Below, piece after piece: positions 1 to 10,057 of a stretch of 64,000 nt of DNA. The translations under genes were made by a program, and so were the position numbers. Origin of the DNA: an uncultured Gemmatimonadales bacterium (GTDB taxonomy: Bacteria; Gemmatimonadota; Gemmatimonadetes; Palauibacterales; Palauibacteraceae); the NCBI GenBank assembly GCA_963783385.1, contig CAWANJ010000007.1, positions 192,001 through 256,000 on the forward strand, in the 5' to 3' direction. The notes beneath the pieces are model-generated. The model saw only the letters and a program-made list of their open reading frames with translations, did no database searches and was not told the DNA's origin. How positions within the stretch are numbered: position 1 is the stretch's first letter; every line of letters begins with the position of its first letter.

Positions 1-1686
1 CACGCCCATCGCACGCTGTTCGCGCTGGTGGCCGGGCTCCCGGAGCACAAAATCCGCATCATCTCGCCGGACGTGGGCGGCGGGTTCGGCAACAAGGTGC
101 CGATCTACCCCGGCTACGTGGTCTCCGCCGTCGCCTCCCTCAAGCTGGGCCGGCCCGTGAAGTGGACGGAGGAGCGCTCCGGGAACCTGCAGAGCACCGG
201 CTTCGCACGTGACTACCACATGCACGCCGAGCTCGCGGCCACCAAGGATGGGAAGATCCGGGCGCTGCGGGTGAAGACGCTGGGCGACCACGGCGCCTTC
301 AACGCCGCGGCGCAGCCCTCCAAGTTTCCGGCCGGGTTCTACAACATCTGCTCGGGCTCCTACGATCTCGAGAACGCGTTCGTCGAGGTCAATGGGGCCT
401 ACACCAACAAGGCTCCCGGGGGGATCGCCTACCGGTGCTCCTTCCGGGTGACCGAGGCCTCCTATCTCATCGAGCGCACGGTGGACGTCCTGGCCGACGA
501 GTTGGGCATCGACCCCGCCGAGATCCGCAAGAAGAATTTCATCGCGCCGGAGAAGTTCCCGTACGCCACGCCGCTGGGCTGGACCTACGACAGTGGCAAC
601 TACGCCGGGGCCATGGACAGGGCCCTCGAGATGGTCGGTTACGAGGACCTGCTGAAGGAGCAGGAGGACAAGCGCGGCCGCGGCGAGCTCATGGGGATCG
701 GGATCTCGAGCTTCACCGAGATCGTGGGGGCGGGACCCGGCAAGCAGTGCGACATCGCCGGGATCGAGATGTTCGACTCCTGCGAGGTGCGTATCCACCC
801 GACCGGCAAGGTCCTGGCCCGGATCGGCGTGCAGACTCAGGGGCAGGGGCACGAGACCACCTTCGCCCAGATCCTGGCCGAGGAGCTCGGGATCCCGGTC
901 GGGGACATCACGGTCGAGCACGGCGACACCGACACGGCGCCCTACGGGCTGGGCACCTACGCGAGCCGCTCGACGCCAGTGGCCGGGGCCGCCACCGCGG
1001 TCGCCGCGCGGAAGGTGCGGGCCAAGGCGAAGAAGATCGCCGCCTACCTCCTCGAGGTGGACGAGGCGGACCTGGAGTGGAAGGACTACGCCTTCCGGGT
1101 GAAGGGCGCGCCGGACAAGACCAAGACGATGCAGGACGTCGCGTTCGCGGCCTACACCAACGTCCCCGAGGGCCTGGAGGCGGGCCTCGAGGCCGTCGAC
1201 TACTACGATCCGCCCAACATGACCTACCCGTTCGGCACGTACATCTGCGTGGTCGACATCGACAGGGGGACCGGCGACTGGAAGGTCCGGAAGTTCGTGG
1301 CCGTGGACGACTGCGGCACGATCATCAACCCCATGGTGGTCGAGGGGCAGATCCATGGGGGCCTCACCGAGGGCTTCGCGATCTCGAAGATGCAGCTCAT
1401 CGAATACGACGAGGGTGGCAACATCACGGGCGGGAATTTCATGGAGTACCTGATCCCCACGGCGGTCGAGACGCCCCACTACGACACGGACAAGACCGTG
1501 ACGCCCTCGCCGCACCACCCGATCGGCGCCAAGGGGGTGGGCGAGTCGCCCAACGTGGGCTCCCCGGCCGCCTTCGTGAACGCCGTGATCGACGCCCTCT
1601 CGCCGTACGGGGTCCGGCACATCGACATGCCGATCACCTCCGACAAGGTGTGGAAGGTCCTCAGGGACGCGGGGATCCAGGACTAG
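1..1686 (+). CDS. coxL: Aerobic carbon monoxide dehydrogenase large subunit, form I (5'-truncated by the window edge)
   Basis: Frame is open from base 1. Active-site loop IAYRCSFRVTEA is the form I AYXCSFR signature. Also GGGFGNK, QGQGHET and GAKGVGE molybdenum-hydroxylase motifs. Confidence 0.96.
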   Translation, partial: HAHRTLFALVAGLPEHKIRIISPDVGGGFGNKVPIYPGYVVSAVASLKLGRPVKWTEERSGNLQSTGFARDYHMHAELAATKDGKIRALRVKTLGDHGAFNAAAQPSKFPAGFYNICSGSYDLENAFVEVNGAYTNKAPGGIAYRCSFRVTEASYLIERTVDVLADELGIDPAEIRKKNFIAPEKFPYATPLGWTYDSGNYAGAMDRALEMVGYEDLLKEQEDKRGRGELMGIGISSFTEIVGAGPGKQCDIAGIEMFDSCEVRIHPTGKVLARIGVQTQGQGHETTFAQILAEELGIPVGDITVEHGDTDTAPYGLGTYASRSTPVAGAATAVAARKVRAKAKKIAAYLLEVDEADLEWKDYAFRVKGAPDKTKTMQDVAFAAYTNVPEGLEAGLEAVDYYDPPNMTYPFGTYICVVDIDRGTGDWKVRKFVAVDDCGTIINPMVVEGQIHGGLTEGFAISKMQLIEYDEGGNITGGNFMEYLIPTAVETPHYDTDKTVTPSPHHPIGAKGVGESPNVGSPAAFVNAVIDALSPYGVRHIDMPITSDKVWKVLRDAGIQD

Positions 1687-1717
1687 GGCGGCCACGGCGA
1701 GCCGTTCCCTTCGTGCG

Positions 1718-1752
1718 CGGGTAGGAAACCGGGTAGGAACCCCGGGTGAACC
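1718..1752. repeat. Short intergenic tandem repeat, CGGGTAGGAA(A/C)C x2 plus a partial third copy
   Basis: cgggtaggaaac (1718-1729), cgggtaggaacc (1730-1741), then ccgggtgaacc, between coxL and coxF. Confidence 0.5.
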
Positions 1753-1774
1753 GGAGGCGAGGGGGGCGAGGACG

Positions 1775-2773
1775 ATGGCCGAGCACGACATCCTGATCGA
1801 GGCCGGGGACCGTGCGGCTCGCGGGTGCGCGTTCGTCCTGGCCACCGTGGTGCGCCGTCGGGCTCCCAGCTCCGCGCGGCCGGCGCAGAAGGCACTCGTC
1901 CTGCCCGACGGGGCCCTGGTCGGATGGATCGGCGGCAGCTGCATCGAGCCGGTGGTCCGTCGCGAGGGGCTGGCGGCCTTGCGGGAGGGGCGCCCCCGCC
2001 GCGTCGTGCTCGCTCCCGACCCCTCCGATTCATCCTCCGACTCGTCCTCCGAGGGCTCGGAGCCCGACCTGCACGCCCATCCCATGACCTGCCACAGCGG
2101 GGGGACCGTGGAGATCCTGCTCGAACCCTACCTTCCGGCCCCGCTCCTCGAGCTGTACGGGGATTCGCCGGTGACCGAGGCCCTGTCGGTGATGGCGCCG
2201 CCGCTCGGCTGGAGGGTGGCGCGCCGGAGAGAGCCCGACGACGCGGAGGCGTCGGACGGCGCGGAGGTCACCGAGGGTGAGGCGGGTCCCGCCGCCACGC
2301 GGCTGGCCGTGGTCGCGACCATGGGGGTGTGGGACGAATCGGCGGTGGCCCGGGCCCTGGCGTCGGGGGCGCGCTACGTGGGCCTGGTGGCGAGCCCGAG
2401 GCGGACCGACGAGGTGCGGCGCCGTCTGGCGGGCCGGGGCCTCACGGAGGAGCGCCTCGCTTGCCTGGTGGGCCCGGCCGGCCTGGACCTCGGGGCCGAG
2501 AGCCCCGCGGAGATCGCGGTGACGATCCTGGCCCAGATCGTGGGCCGCCGGGAGTTGTTCCGGGGAGACGGGGAGGGTTCCGACGTCGGCGCTTCCGGGG
2601 CGGCGTCCGACGCCGGGCCCCCGATCCCGGCGATCGACCCGGTGTGCGGCATGGAGGTCGACCCGGCCACGGCCCGCTTCACGCTCGTGCACGCGGACCG
2701 GGAGTACTTCTTCTGCTGCGAAGGCTGCCGGGAGAAGTTCCGGGCCGACCCGGCCGCGTTCGGGGCCAGCTGA
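1775..2773 (+). CDS. coxF: XdhC/CoxF family CODH maturation factor with C-terminal YHS metal-binding domain
   Basis: LATVV...GWIGGSC, MTCHSGG, GPAGLDLGAESPAEIAVTILAQ; C-terminal DPVCGM...YFFCCEGCREKF (YHS). Directly follows coxL. Confidence 0.88.
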   Translation: MAEHDILIEAGDRAARGCAFVLATVVRRRAPSSARPAQKALVLPDGALVGWIGGSCIEPVVRREGLAALREGRPRRVVLAPDPSDSSSDSSSEGSEPDLHAHPMTCHSGGTVEILLEPYLPAPLLELYGDSPVTEALSVMAPPLGWRVARRREPDDAEASDGAEVTEGEAGPAATRLAVVATMGVWDESAVARALASGARYVGLVASPRRTDEVRRRLAGRGLTEERLACLVGPAGLDLGAESPAEIAVTILAQIVGRRELFRGDGEGSDVGASGAASDAGPPIPAIDPVCGMEVDPATARFTLVHADREYFFCCEGCREKFRADPAAFGAS

Positions 2774-2774
2774 C

Positions 2775-3686
2775 GTGGAGCGCGCGATCCGGGCCATCGT
2801 CGAAGCAATGGAGGCGCAGGGCTACGTGGCCGATCGCGACATCGCCACGGCCGTCCACCTGGCTCGCCGACTCCGCAAGCCGCTCCTCGTGGAGGGCGAG
2901 GCCGGCGTCGGGAAGACCGAGATCGCCAAGGTGGTGGCGGCGGCCTTCGACATGGAGCTCATCCGGCTCCAGTGCTACGAGGGGCTCGACGTGGCCACCG
3001 CCCTGTACGAGTGGAACTATCCTCGCCAGATCCTCCGCATCCGGATGGGGGAGGCGGAGGGCGCATCGGCCCGCGAGCTCGAGGAGACGATCTTCGACCG
3101 CGAGTACCTCCTGGAGCGGCCCCTCCTCCAGGCCATCAGCCGGGAGAAGGCGCCCGTCCTGCTCATCGACGAGATCGACCGGGCGGACGAGGAGTTCGAG
3201 GCCTTCCTGCTCGAGCTGCTGTCCGACTTCCAGGTCACGATCCCCGAGCTGGGCACCGTGCGCGCCCGGAGCCACCCGTATGTCGTGCTGACCTCGAACG
3301 GAACGCGGGAGCTCAGCGACGCGCTCCGCCGGAGGTGCCTGTACCTGTGGGTGGATTATCCGAGCTTCGAGAAGGAGCTGCGGATCCTGCACGCCCGGGT
3401 TCCCGACCTGCGTACCGGTCTCGACGAGGAAGTGGCGCGATTCGTCCAGCGTCTCAGGCAGGAGAAGCTGTACAAGCGGCCCGGGGTGGCGGAGACGCTG
3501 GATTGGGCCCGGGCCCTGGAGGACCTCGGCGTGCGGGACCTGGAACCCGAGATCGTGCGCGCCACCCTGGGCTGCCTCCTCAAGGACCGGCACGACATGG
3601 AGGGGCTCGAGCCCGCGGAGCTCGAGCGCCTGCTCGCGTCGGCTCTCGAGGGCCCGTCGGAGGCCCCGGCGGGCGAAGGGGCGTGA
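2775..3686 (+). CDS. coxD: CoxD-like MoxR-family AAA+ ATPase
   Basis: Walker A GEAGVGKT, RLQCYEGLD, Walker B LLIDEIDRADEEFE, RELSDALRRRC. Confidence 0.92.
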   Translation: MERAIRAIVEAMEAQGYVADRDIATAVHLARRLRKPLLVEGEAGVGKTEIAKVVAAAFDMELIRLQCYEGLDVATALYEWNYPRQILRIRMGEAEGASARELEETIFDREYLLERPLLQAISREKAPVLLIDEIDRADEEFEAFLLELLSDFQVTIPELGTVRARSHPYVVLTSNGTRELSDALRRRCLYLWVDYPSFEKELRILHARVPDLRTGLDEEVARFVQRLRQEKLYKRPGVAETLDWARALEDLGVRDLEPEIVRATLGCLLKDRHDMEGLEPAELERLLASALEGPSEAPAGEGA

Positions 3687-4873
3687 CCGGAGCCGTACGG
3701 GACGCTCCGCGTCCGTCGGCGGGCCGGGCGGCCGCGTGGGTCGTAGAGCTGTCGCGCGCCCTTCGGGCCGAGGGCCTCGGCTGCACGTTGCACGAGTCCC
3801 TGGCGGCGCGCGACGCCCTCGAGGAGCTCGACCTGTCCGACGGTCTGGACGCCTACTTCGGCCTGCGCTCCGTGTTCGTCTCCGACCCCTCCGAGATCCC
3901 CGCGTTCGACCGGTGTTTCTGGGCCGCCTGGGGCACGCCCCAGGAGCGTGCGCCCGCCCGCTCCCGGACCCGGAACCGGAAGTCGAAGCGCGGCGAGCCG
4001 GCCGGGGGCCCCGGTCCGACCCAGCGAGGGCCGGGCGCCAGCGTGCTCGAGCGGCTGTCGGGTCGCGCCGCCCCGGCGCGAGCCGGCCGGGAGGGCGAGG
4101 TGCCGACCCCGAGCGCCTACAGTCCGTCCGAGGGACTGGCGCGCCGCTCGTTCGCGGAGCTGGACGAGCACGAAGTCCGGGCTCTCGAGCGGGTCCTCGA
4201 CCGGCTGGCGCTCAAGCTGGCCACCAGGCGGAGCCGTCGAACGCGCCCGGCCGCACGGCGCGGCTTCGTGGACCTGCGGCGCAGCCTGCGGGCCGCGGTC
4301 CGCCACGACGGCGAGATCGTCCGTCTGGCACGAAGGAGGCGGCGCGTCGAGCGCCCGCGCATCGTGCTGCTGTGCGACGTGAGCGGCTCGATGGAGCGTT
4401 ACAGCCGCTTCCTGGTCCGCTTCATCCTGGCGCTGGACCGGACCGGCGACGTGGAGGCGTTCGCGTTCAGCACCCGACTGACGCGGCTCGACACCGGGCG
4501 GCGGGGCGGCCGAGTGGACGCCGCCCTCGGCGCACTGCGCGAGCAGGTGGGGAGCTGGCCGGGCGGGACCCGGATCGGGGCGTGCCTGGAGGACTTTCTG
4601 GACCGTTTCGGACGCCGTCTGCTGGGAGAGAGGACCGTCGTCGTCATCCTGTCGGACGGACTGGACCGGGGCGACACGGCCGCGCTCGAGCGGGCCATGC
4701 GAGGCATCCACCGGCGGGCGCGGAAGGTGATCTGGCTCAACCCCCTGCTGGAGAGCGCCGACTACGAGCCCGAGGCGAGGGGGATGAAGGCGGCGCTCCC
4801 GTTCGTGGACGAGTTCGCGCCGGGGCACAGCCTCGAGGCGCTGCGCGACCTGGCCCGCCTCATCCGGCTATAG
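3683..4873 (+). CDS. coxE: CoxE-like VWA domain protein
   Basis: GTG overlaps the coxD stop (GTGA). MIDAS motif DVSGSM, FSTRL, GGTRIG, SDGLD, WLNPL. Confidence 0.9.
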   Translation: MTGAVRDAPRPSAGRAAAWVVELSRALRAEGLGCTLHESLAARDALEELDLSDGLDAYFGLRSVFVSDPSEIPAFDRCFWAAWGTPQERAPARSRTRNRKSKRGEPAGGPGPTQRGPGASVLERLSGRAAPARAGREGEVPTPSAYSPSEGLARRSFAELDEHEVRALERVLDRLALKLATRRSRRTRPAARRGFVDLRRSLRAAVRHDGEIVRLARRRRRVERPRIVLLCDVSGSMERYSRFLVRFILALDRTGDVEAFAFSTRLTRLDTGRRGGRVDAALGALREQVGSWPGGTRIGACLEDFLDRFGRRLLGERTVVVILSDGLDRGDTAALERAMRGIHRRARKVIWLNPLLESADYEPEARGMKAALPFVDEFAPGHSLEALRDLARLIRL

Positions 4874-4874
4874 C

Positions 4875-6230
4875 GTGGCGAAGAGAATGACGCCCGGGGC
4901 CGGGCCGGGGCCGAGCACGTCCCCGGCCAGGCCGCTCGGACTGCTCGTCTGGCTGGCCTTCGTGGTCACCTGGCTGGTGTGGACGCCGTGGGGTCCGTTC
5001 GGTGAGTCCTCCCGGATGGTGCTGGCCCCGCCCACCGGCCTCCTGGAGATCGTGCTCAACCTGCTGCTCATGGCGCCCCTCGCCACGGCCATCGCCGTCA
5101 CCGGGCGCCGGGGAGGGACGCCCACCGGCGTTCTCGAGGCGACGGGCGTGGCCTTCGCGTTCAGCGTCATCGTCGAGCTCGTCCAGGGCCTGGCGCCAGG
5201 GCTCGGCCGCGTGGCCTCGCCATACGATGTGCTCCTCAACACGGCGGGGGCCGGGGCGGCCGCCGGCCTCGCCGTGGTCGCCGTGCGCCGCCTCGGAGCC
5301 ACCCGTCGGGCGCTGGTCGCGGCCGCGGCGCTGGCCGCCTTCGGTGGAGTCGCGACCTACATGCTGGGCTCCACGGTCCGCAGCGCGCACGGGCTGGCCA
5401 TCGAGCGCTGGGACCCATCCTACCGGGTGGTGGCCGGCGACGAAGTCGGCGGCGGGCGCCGCTATGTGGGTACCGTGACCGAGGCCGAGATCTGCGCCGG
5501 TCCTCCCGATCGGGAGGTGTGTGCGCGGCCGGGCGCTGGCCCGGAGCGGCGCACGGCGCTGGTGGCCGCGGCGGAGGCCACCGACCGGGTACGGGTCCAC
5601 GCCAGCGTCCTGTCGCGCACGAACGATCAGCACGGTCCGGCCCGGATCGTCACCTTCTCGACCAGCGTCCGGGACCGCAACGTCACTCTCGGACAGGAGG
5701 GGCAGTCCCTGGTCCTGCGCGTGAGGACGCCCCGGCTGGGAATGAACGGCGCCTCCATCGAGTTCGTCCTCGGGAGGGCGGTCCGTTCGGGGCGGCCCAC
5801 GCGCGTCGACGCGACCTTCGTGAACGGGCGGGTGGAGCTCCGGGCCACCGACGCCGCCGGAAGCCGCGCCGGCGCGTTCCCCGCCGGGCTTCTGCCCAGC
5901 TGGTGGTACGTCCGGCCGGGTCTCCAGGAGCGCGGCAGCGTGACGCCCCGCTACCTGGTGGTCGCCTCGGCCCTCGGCGCCGCCGTGCTGTTCACGCCCG
6001 TCGCCTACGCCGTGGCCGGGGTCGGCGCCGGGCTGCTCGCGTCGCTGGGCCTGGCCTCGGCCACCTCCGTCGCGGGGCTGGTGTCCGTCAACGCGCTCCT
6101 GGGCTCCGCGACGTCGAGCTTCGGAGTCCTGTTCGTGCTGGCCGCCTCCGTGGTGGGCGTGCTCCTGAGAGGGGCGGACGTCCGGCTCGCGCGCCGGGGC
6201 GGGGAGGGCGGGACGGCGGGACGCCTTTAG
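4875..6230 (+). CDS. VanZ-like multi-TM membrane protein with extracytoplasmic beta-rich (LamG-like) domain
   Basis: N-terminal NLLLMAP...IVELVQG...R..S..DVLLNTAG VanZ pattern. Central GPARIVTFS...RNVTLGQEG.SLVLRVRTP. C-terminal TM helices. Confidence 0.6.
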   Translation: MAKRMTPGAGPGPSTSPARPLGLLVWLAFVVTWLVWTPWGPFGESSRMVLAPPTGLLEIVLNLLLMAPLATAIAVTGRRGGTPTGVLEATGVAFAFSVIVELVQGLAPGLGRVASPYDVLLNTAGAGAAAGLAVVAVRRLGATRRALVAAAALAAFGGVATYMLGSTVRSAHGLAIERWDPSYRVVAGDEVGGGRRYVGTVTEAEICAGPPDREVCARPGAGPERRTALVAAAEATDRVRVHASVLSRTNDQHGPARIVTFSTSVRDRNVTLGQEGQSLVLRVRTPRLGMNGASIEFVLGRAVRSGRPTRVDATFVNGRVELRATDAAGSRAGAFPAGLLPSWWYVRPGLQERGSVTPRYLVVASALGAAVLFTPVAYAVAGVGAGLLASLGLASATSVAGLVSVNALLGSATSSFGVLFVLAASVVGVLLRGADVRLARRGGEGGTAGRL

Positions 6231-6245
6231 CCGAGCGGGACGCCT

Positions 6246-7100
6246 CTAGCCAGCCGCTCGCAGGACGGCCCGCGTGGCCATGACGGAGGTCATCGCGCGC
6301 CGGTACTCGGCCGAGCCGTGCAGGTCGTCATGCACGTCCTCGAGCACCCCACCCGCGCCAGAGCACGCCTCGCGCACCGCCCGCTCGTCCTCGAGCGACA
6401 TGCCCGCGAGCGCCTCTTCGGTCTCCTCGAGGCGCAGGGGCCGACCGCCGGCCCCCGTCACGGTCAGGCGGGCCCGTCGGCACGTCGACCCGTCCAGCTC
6501 CAGCACCGCGGCCACTCCCACCAGCGCGAAGCCCGAGGCCTTCTGTCGCAGCTTCGCGTAGGCGCCCCGCGAGCCATCCGGGATCTCCATCCGCGCCCCC
6601 ACGAGAAGCTCGCCGGGCCGCAACGCCGTGGCGAACGGACCCAGGAAGAAGTCTCCGGCCGGGATCTCCCGCTCTCCGTCCGGCCCGTGTGCCAGGAGCG
6701 TGGCCTCCAGGGCGAGGACGGCGGCCGGGAGATCCGCGGAGGGGTCCGCGTGCGCGAGACTGCCCCCGAAGGTGCCCCGATTCCGGACCTGCACGTCGCC
6801 GATGGCGGCGGCCGCCTCGGCCAGGGCCCTGCCGCCGCCGACCAGCAGGTTGGAGCCGGCAACCTCGGCGTGGGGCGTGAGGCCGCCCACGGCGACGCCG
6901 CCATCCACCTTCCTCACGTAGCGGAGCCCGTCCAGGCGGCGAAGATCCACGAGGCGCGCCGGCCGGGCCAGCCGCAGCTTGAGGAGGGGCAGGAGGCTCT
7001 GGCCCCCGGCCAGCGCCCGCGCGTCGGGTCCCTCGGCCAGGGCGCCGACGGCTTCCTCGATCGAGCCGGGAACGACATAGTCGAAAGCACTCGGAAGCAT
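6246..7100 (-). CDS. coxM: CoxM/CutM-like FAD-binding medium subunit of a xanthine oxidase-family enzyme
   Basis: ATG at 7100 with AGGAG RBS. LAGGQSLLP, IGDVQVRNRGTFGGS, HADPSADLP, DLHGSAEYR. Confidence 0.9.
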   Translation of the reverse strand: MLPSAFDYVVPGSIEEAVGALAEGPDARALAGGQSLLPLLKLRLARPARLVDLRRLDGLRYVRKVDGGVAVGGLTPHAEVAGSNLLVGGGRALAEAAAAIGDVQVRNRGTFGGSLAHADPSADLPAAVLALEATLLAHGPDGEREIPAGDFFLGPFATALRPGELLVGARMEIPDGSRGAYAKLRQKASGFALVGVAAVLELDGSTCRRARLTVTGAGGRPLRLEETEEALAGMSLEDERAVREACSGAGGVLEDVHDDLHGSAEYRRAMTSVMATRAVLRAAG

Positions 7101-7108
7101 GGCTACTC

Positions 7109-9439
7109 CTAGTCCCGCTCGGTGATGATGCGCCACAGCTTCTCGGGCGTGGCCGGCATGTCCACGTGCCGTACGCCCAGGTGGGAGACCGCGTCCACGA
7201 CCGCGTTCATGACACACGGGTTCCCGGCGATGGTCCCGGCCTCTCCCACCCCTTTGGCGCCCAGCGGGTTGACGGGCGTCGGCGTGGTCGTCCGCCGGAG
7301 CTCATAGGACGGGAGGTAGCTGGCCCTGGGTACCGCGTAGTCCATCAGGCTCCCCGTGACGAGCTGTCCGTCGGCATCGTAGACCGCATGCTCGTACAGG
7401 GACTGAGCGATGGCCTGGGCCACGCCGCCGTGGATCTGGCCGTCCACGATCATCGGGTTGATCACGTTGCCGCAGTCGTCCACCGCGACGTAGCGCCGAA
7501 TCGAAGGCTCGCCCGTGTCGGGGTCGATGTCCACCACGCACAGGTGCACGCCGAACGGGAAGGTGAAGTTGGAGGGCTCGAAGAAGCGCGTGGAGGCGAG
7601 GCCGGGCTCGACCCCCTCCGGCAGGTCGTCGGCCATGTAGGCCGCCGTGACCACGTCCTGGAAGCCGACCGCGCGGTCCGGGGCTCCCCGGATGTGCAGC
7701 TTGCCCTCGTCGAACACCACGTCCTCCGGGTCGGCCTCCAGCAGGTGCCCGGCAATCTTCCGGGACTTGTCGCGCACATCCTCGAGCGCCACGGAGAGCG
7801 CGGCTCCCCCGACCGCCTGGGCCCGGGACCCGAACGTGCCGATGCCCTCCGGCACGTAGTCCGTGTCGCCGTGCGCGATCTCCACGTCGTCCAGGCCGAC
7901 GCCGAGCGCGTCGGCGACGATCTGGGAGAAGGTGGTCTCCTCGCCCTGCCCGTGGGGGCTCACGCCGGTCTTCACCACCACGCGGCCTGTCCGTCGCACC
8001 TCGAGGGTGCACGCCTCCCACCCGCCGGCGGGGAGCGCGGCCGAGGGGCCGAGTCCGCAGATTTCGACGTAGCAGGCGACCCCGATCCCCATCAGCTCGC
8101 CCCGTTCCCGCCTCTGCGCCTGCTCGCGCCGCAGGGCATCGTAGTCGATGGTCTCGAGGAGCAGGTCCATGGCCGCCTGGTAGTTACCGCTATCGTAAGT
8201 GAGGCCGGTGCAGGTGTCGGCCGGGAACGCGTCGGCCGGGAAGAAGTTCCGCCGCCGGACCTCGATCGGGTCGATCCCGGTCGCGTCGGCGATCAAGTCC
8301 AGGACCCGCTCGATGATGAAGTTGGCCTCGGGCCGACCGGCCCCCCGGTAGGCGTCGGTGGGCGTCTTGTCGGTGAACACGCCCTTCAGCTCGACCTGGA
8401 GATTCCGGAGCCGGTAAGCGCCGGGCAGCATGAGCACGGTGAGCGTAGGGATCACCGGCGTGAGGAGCTGGTGGTAGGCGCCCAGGTCCTGGAGGAGCTT
8501 CACGCGCATGCCGTGCAGGACGCCATCCTCGCTGGCCGCGATCTCGACGTCGGCCAGCTGGTCACGCCCGTGGATGGTGGCCTGGAAGCCCTCCGTCCGG
8601 GTGGCGGTCCACTTCACTGGACGCCCCAGCTCGCGGGCCAGGTGTCCGACCAGCGCCTCCTCGGCGTACACGTTGAGCTTACTGCCGAAGCCTCCGCCGA
8701 CCTCTGGCGCGATGACGCGGACGCTGTGCTCGGGGATCCCGAGCATCACGGAGAGCTGGGTGCGAAGGAGATGGGGGATCTGGGTGCTCGACCAGATCTC
8801 GAGCTTCCGGTGCCCCCGGTCGAAGCGCGCCGCCACCGCCCGCGGCTCGACCGCGAACGGGATCTGGCGCTGGTTCACGATCCGCTGCCGGAGGACGACC
8901 GGGGCATCGTGGAACGCGCCGTCCACGTCGCCGGCCTCGAACGGGAAGGTGAAGGCCACGTTGGTGCCGAGCTCCTCGTGGACGAAGGGACCGCCCGCGG
9001 CGGCCTTCTCGACGTCCACCACGGCTTCGAGCTCCTCGTACTCGACCTCGATCCGCTCGAGCGCGTCGCGCGCCGTGGACGGATCCTCGGCCACCACGGC
9101 GGCCACGCCGTCGCCCACGTACCGGACCTCGTCGATTGCCAGCACGCGGTGGGGCGGCTCGAGGAGGCCCTCGATCTTGTGGGCCACCGGCAGCCCGCCG
9201 ATCGCCTCCTGGACGTCGCGCCCGGTCACCACCCGGAGGACACCCTTCGTCGCCTCCGCACCCGACGTGTCGATCGAGGCGATGCGGGCGTGCGCGTGCG
9301 GGCTCCGCAGGACGGTGCAGTACGCCATCCCGGGGAGCTTCAGGTCGTCCGTGTAAGTGGAGGAGCCCGTGATGAGGCGCGGATCCTCCTTGCGCCGAAC
9401 TCGGGCGCCGATCTGCTTCGGAACCGTCGTCGTGGCCAT
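7109..9439 (-). CDS. Form II CoxL-like / xanthine dehydrogenase-family molybdopterin large subunit
   Basis: [17 protein letters not shown], active-site [10 protein letters not shown] (form II motif, no Cu-binding Cys), GAKGVGEAG. Confidence 0.92.
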   Translation of the reverse strand: MATTTVPKQIGARVRRKEDPRLITGSSTYTDDLKLPGMAYCTVLRSPHAHARIASIDTSGAEATKGVLRVVTGRDVQEAIGGLPVAHKIEGLLEPPHRVLAIDEVRYVGDGVAAVVAEDPSTARDALERIEVEYEELEAVVDVEKAAAGGPFVHEELGTNVAFTFPFEAGDVDGAFHDAPVVLRQRIVNQRQIPFAVEPRAVAARFDRGHRKLEIWSSTQIPHLLRTQLSVMLGIPEHSVRVIAPEVGGGFGSKLNVYAEEALVGHLARELGRPVKWTATRTEGFQATIHGRDQLADVEIAASEDGVLHGMRVKLLQDLGAYHQLLTPVIPTLTVLMLPGAYRLRNLQVELKGVFTDKTPTDAYRGAGRPEANFIIERVLDLIADATGIDPIEVRRRNFFPADAFPADTCTGLTYDSGNYQAAMDLLLETIDYDALRREQAQRRERGELMGIGVACYVEICGLGPSAALPAGGWEACTLEVRRTGRVVVKTGVSPHGQGEETTFSQIVADALGVGLDDVEIAHGDTDYVPEGIGTFGSRAQAVGGAALSVALEDVRDKSRKIAGHLLEADPEDVVFDEGKLHIRGAPDRAVGFQDVVTAAYMADDLPEGVEPGLASTRFFEPSNFTFPFGVHLCVVDIDPDTGEPSIRRYVAVDDCGNVINPMIVDGQIHGGVAQAIAQSLYEHAVYDADGQLVTGSLMDYAVPRASYLPSYELRRTTTPTPVNPLGAKGVGEAGTIAGNPCVMNAVVDAVSHLGVRHVDMPATPEKLWRIITERD

Positions 9440-9448
9440 CGTTCCTCC

Positions 9449-9928
9449 CTAGCTCGACGCTGCGCCCATCGCATCGGCGGCCCGCTGGACGGCTCGCACG
9501 ATGTTCTGGTAGCCGGTGCAACGGCACAGGTTGCCCTCCAGCCCGTGCCGGATCTCGGCCTCGCTCGGGTCCGGGTGATCCTCGAGGAGCTGGTGGGCGG
9601 CCATGATCATCCCCGGGGTGCAGAAGCCGCACTGGAGCCCGTGCTCCTCCCAGAACGCCTCCTGGAGCGGGTGCAGCTCGTCCCCGTCCGCGAGCCCCTC
9701 GATCGTGGTGACCTCCGCCCCGTCCGCCTGCGCCGCCAGGACCGTGCACGCCTTCACGGCGCGCCCGTCCAACAGCACGGTGCAGGAGCCGCACAGGCTC
9801 GTCTCACAGCCCACGTGGGTGCCGGTGAGGCCGAGGACGTCCCGGAGGTAGTGGACGAGAAGGAGGCGGGGTTCGATCTGAGAGTCGTGCGGGGTTCCGT
9901 TCACGGTGATGCTGACGGCGGTCTTCAT
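9449..9928 (-). CDS. coxS: CoxS-like 2x[2Fe-2S] small subunit
   Basis: ATG at 9928 after a [37 protein letters not shown]. Confidence 0.93.
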   Translation of the reverse strand: MKTAVSITVNGTPHDSQIEPRLLLVHYLRDVLGLTGTHVGCETSLCGSCTVLLDGRAVKACTVLAAQADGAEVTTIEGLADGDELHPLQEAFWEEHGLQCGFCTPGMIMAAHQLLEDHPDPSEAEIRHGLEGNLCRCTGYQNIVRAVQRAADAMGAASS

Positions 9929-10057
9929 GCGGTCCTCCCGCTGGACGGCGCGGCGGCGGCTGCGGCTTGGCCCGGCCGGAGCCGCGTCGTACGATATCGG
10001 TGCCCGCCGGACGGGGGATATTAAGATTTGCGCGCGGCGGAGTCCACGGGGGAGTCC

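Noticed and set aside
1718-1752. Tandem 12-mers as a CRISPR remnant
   Set aside because: No spacers, only about 2.5 copies, and no cas genes in the window.
7109-9439. Second true CO dehydrogenase
   Set aside because: The AYRGAGR motif lacks the Cu-ligating Cys, so CO oxidation cannot be inferred.
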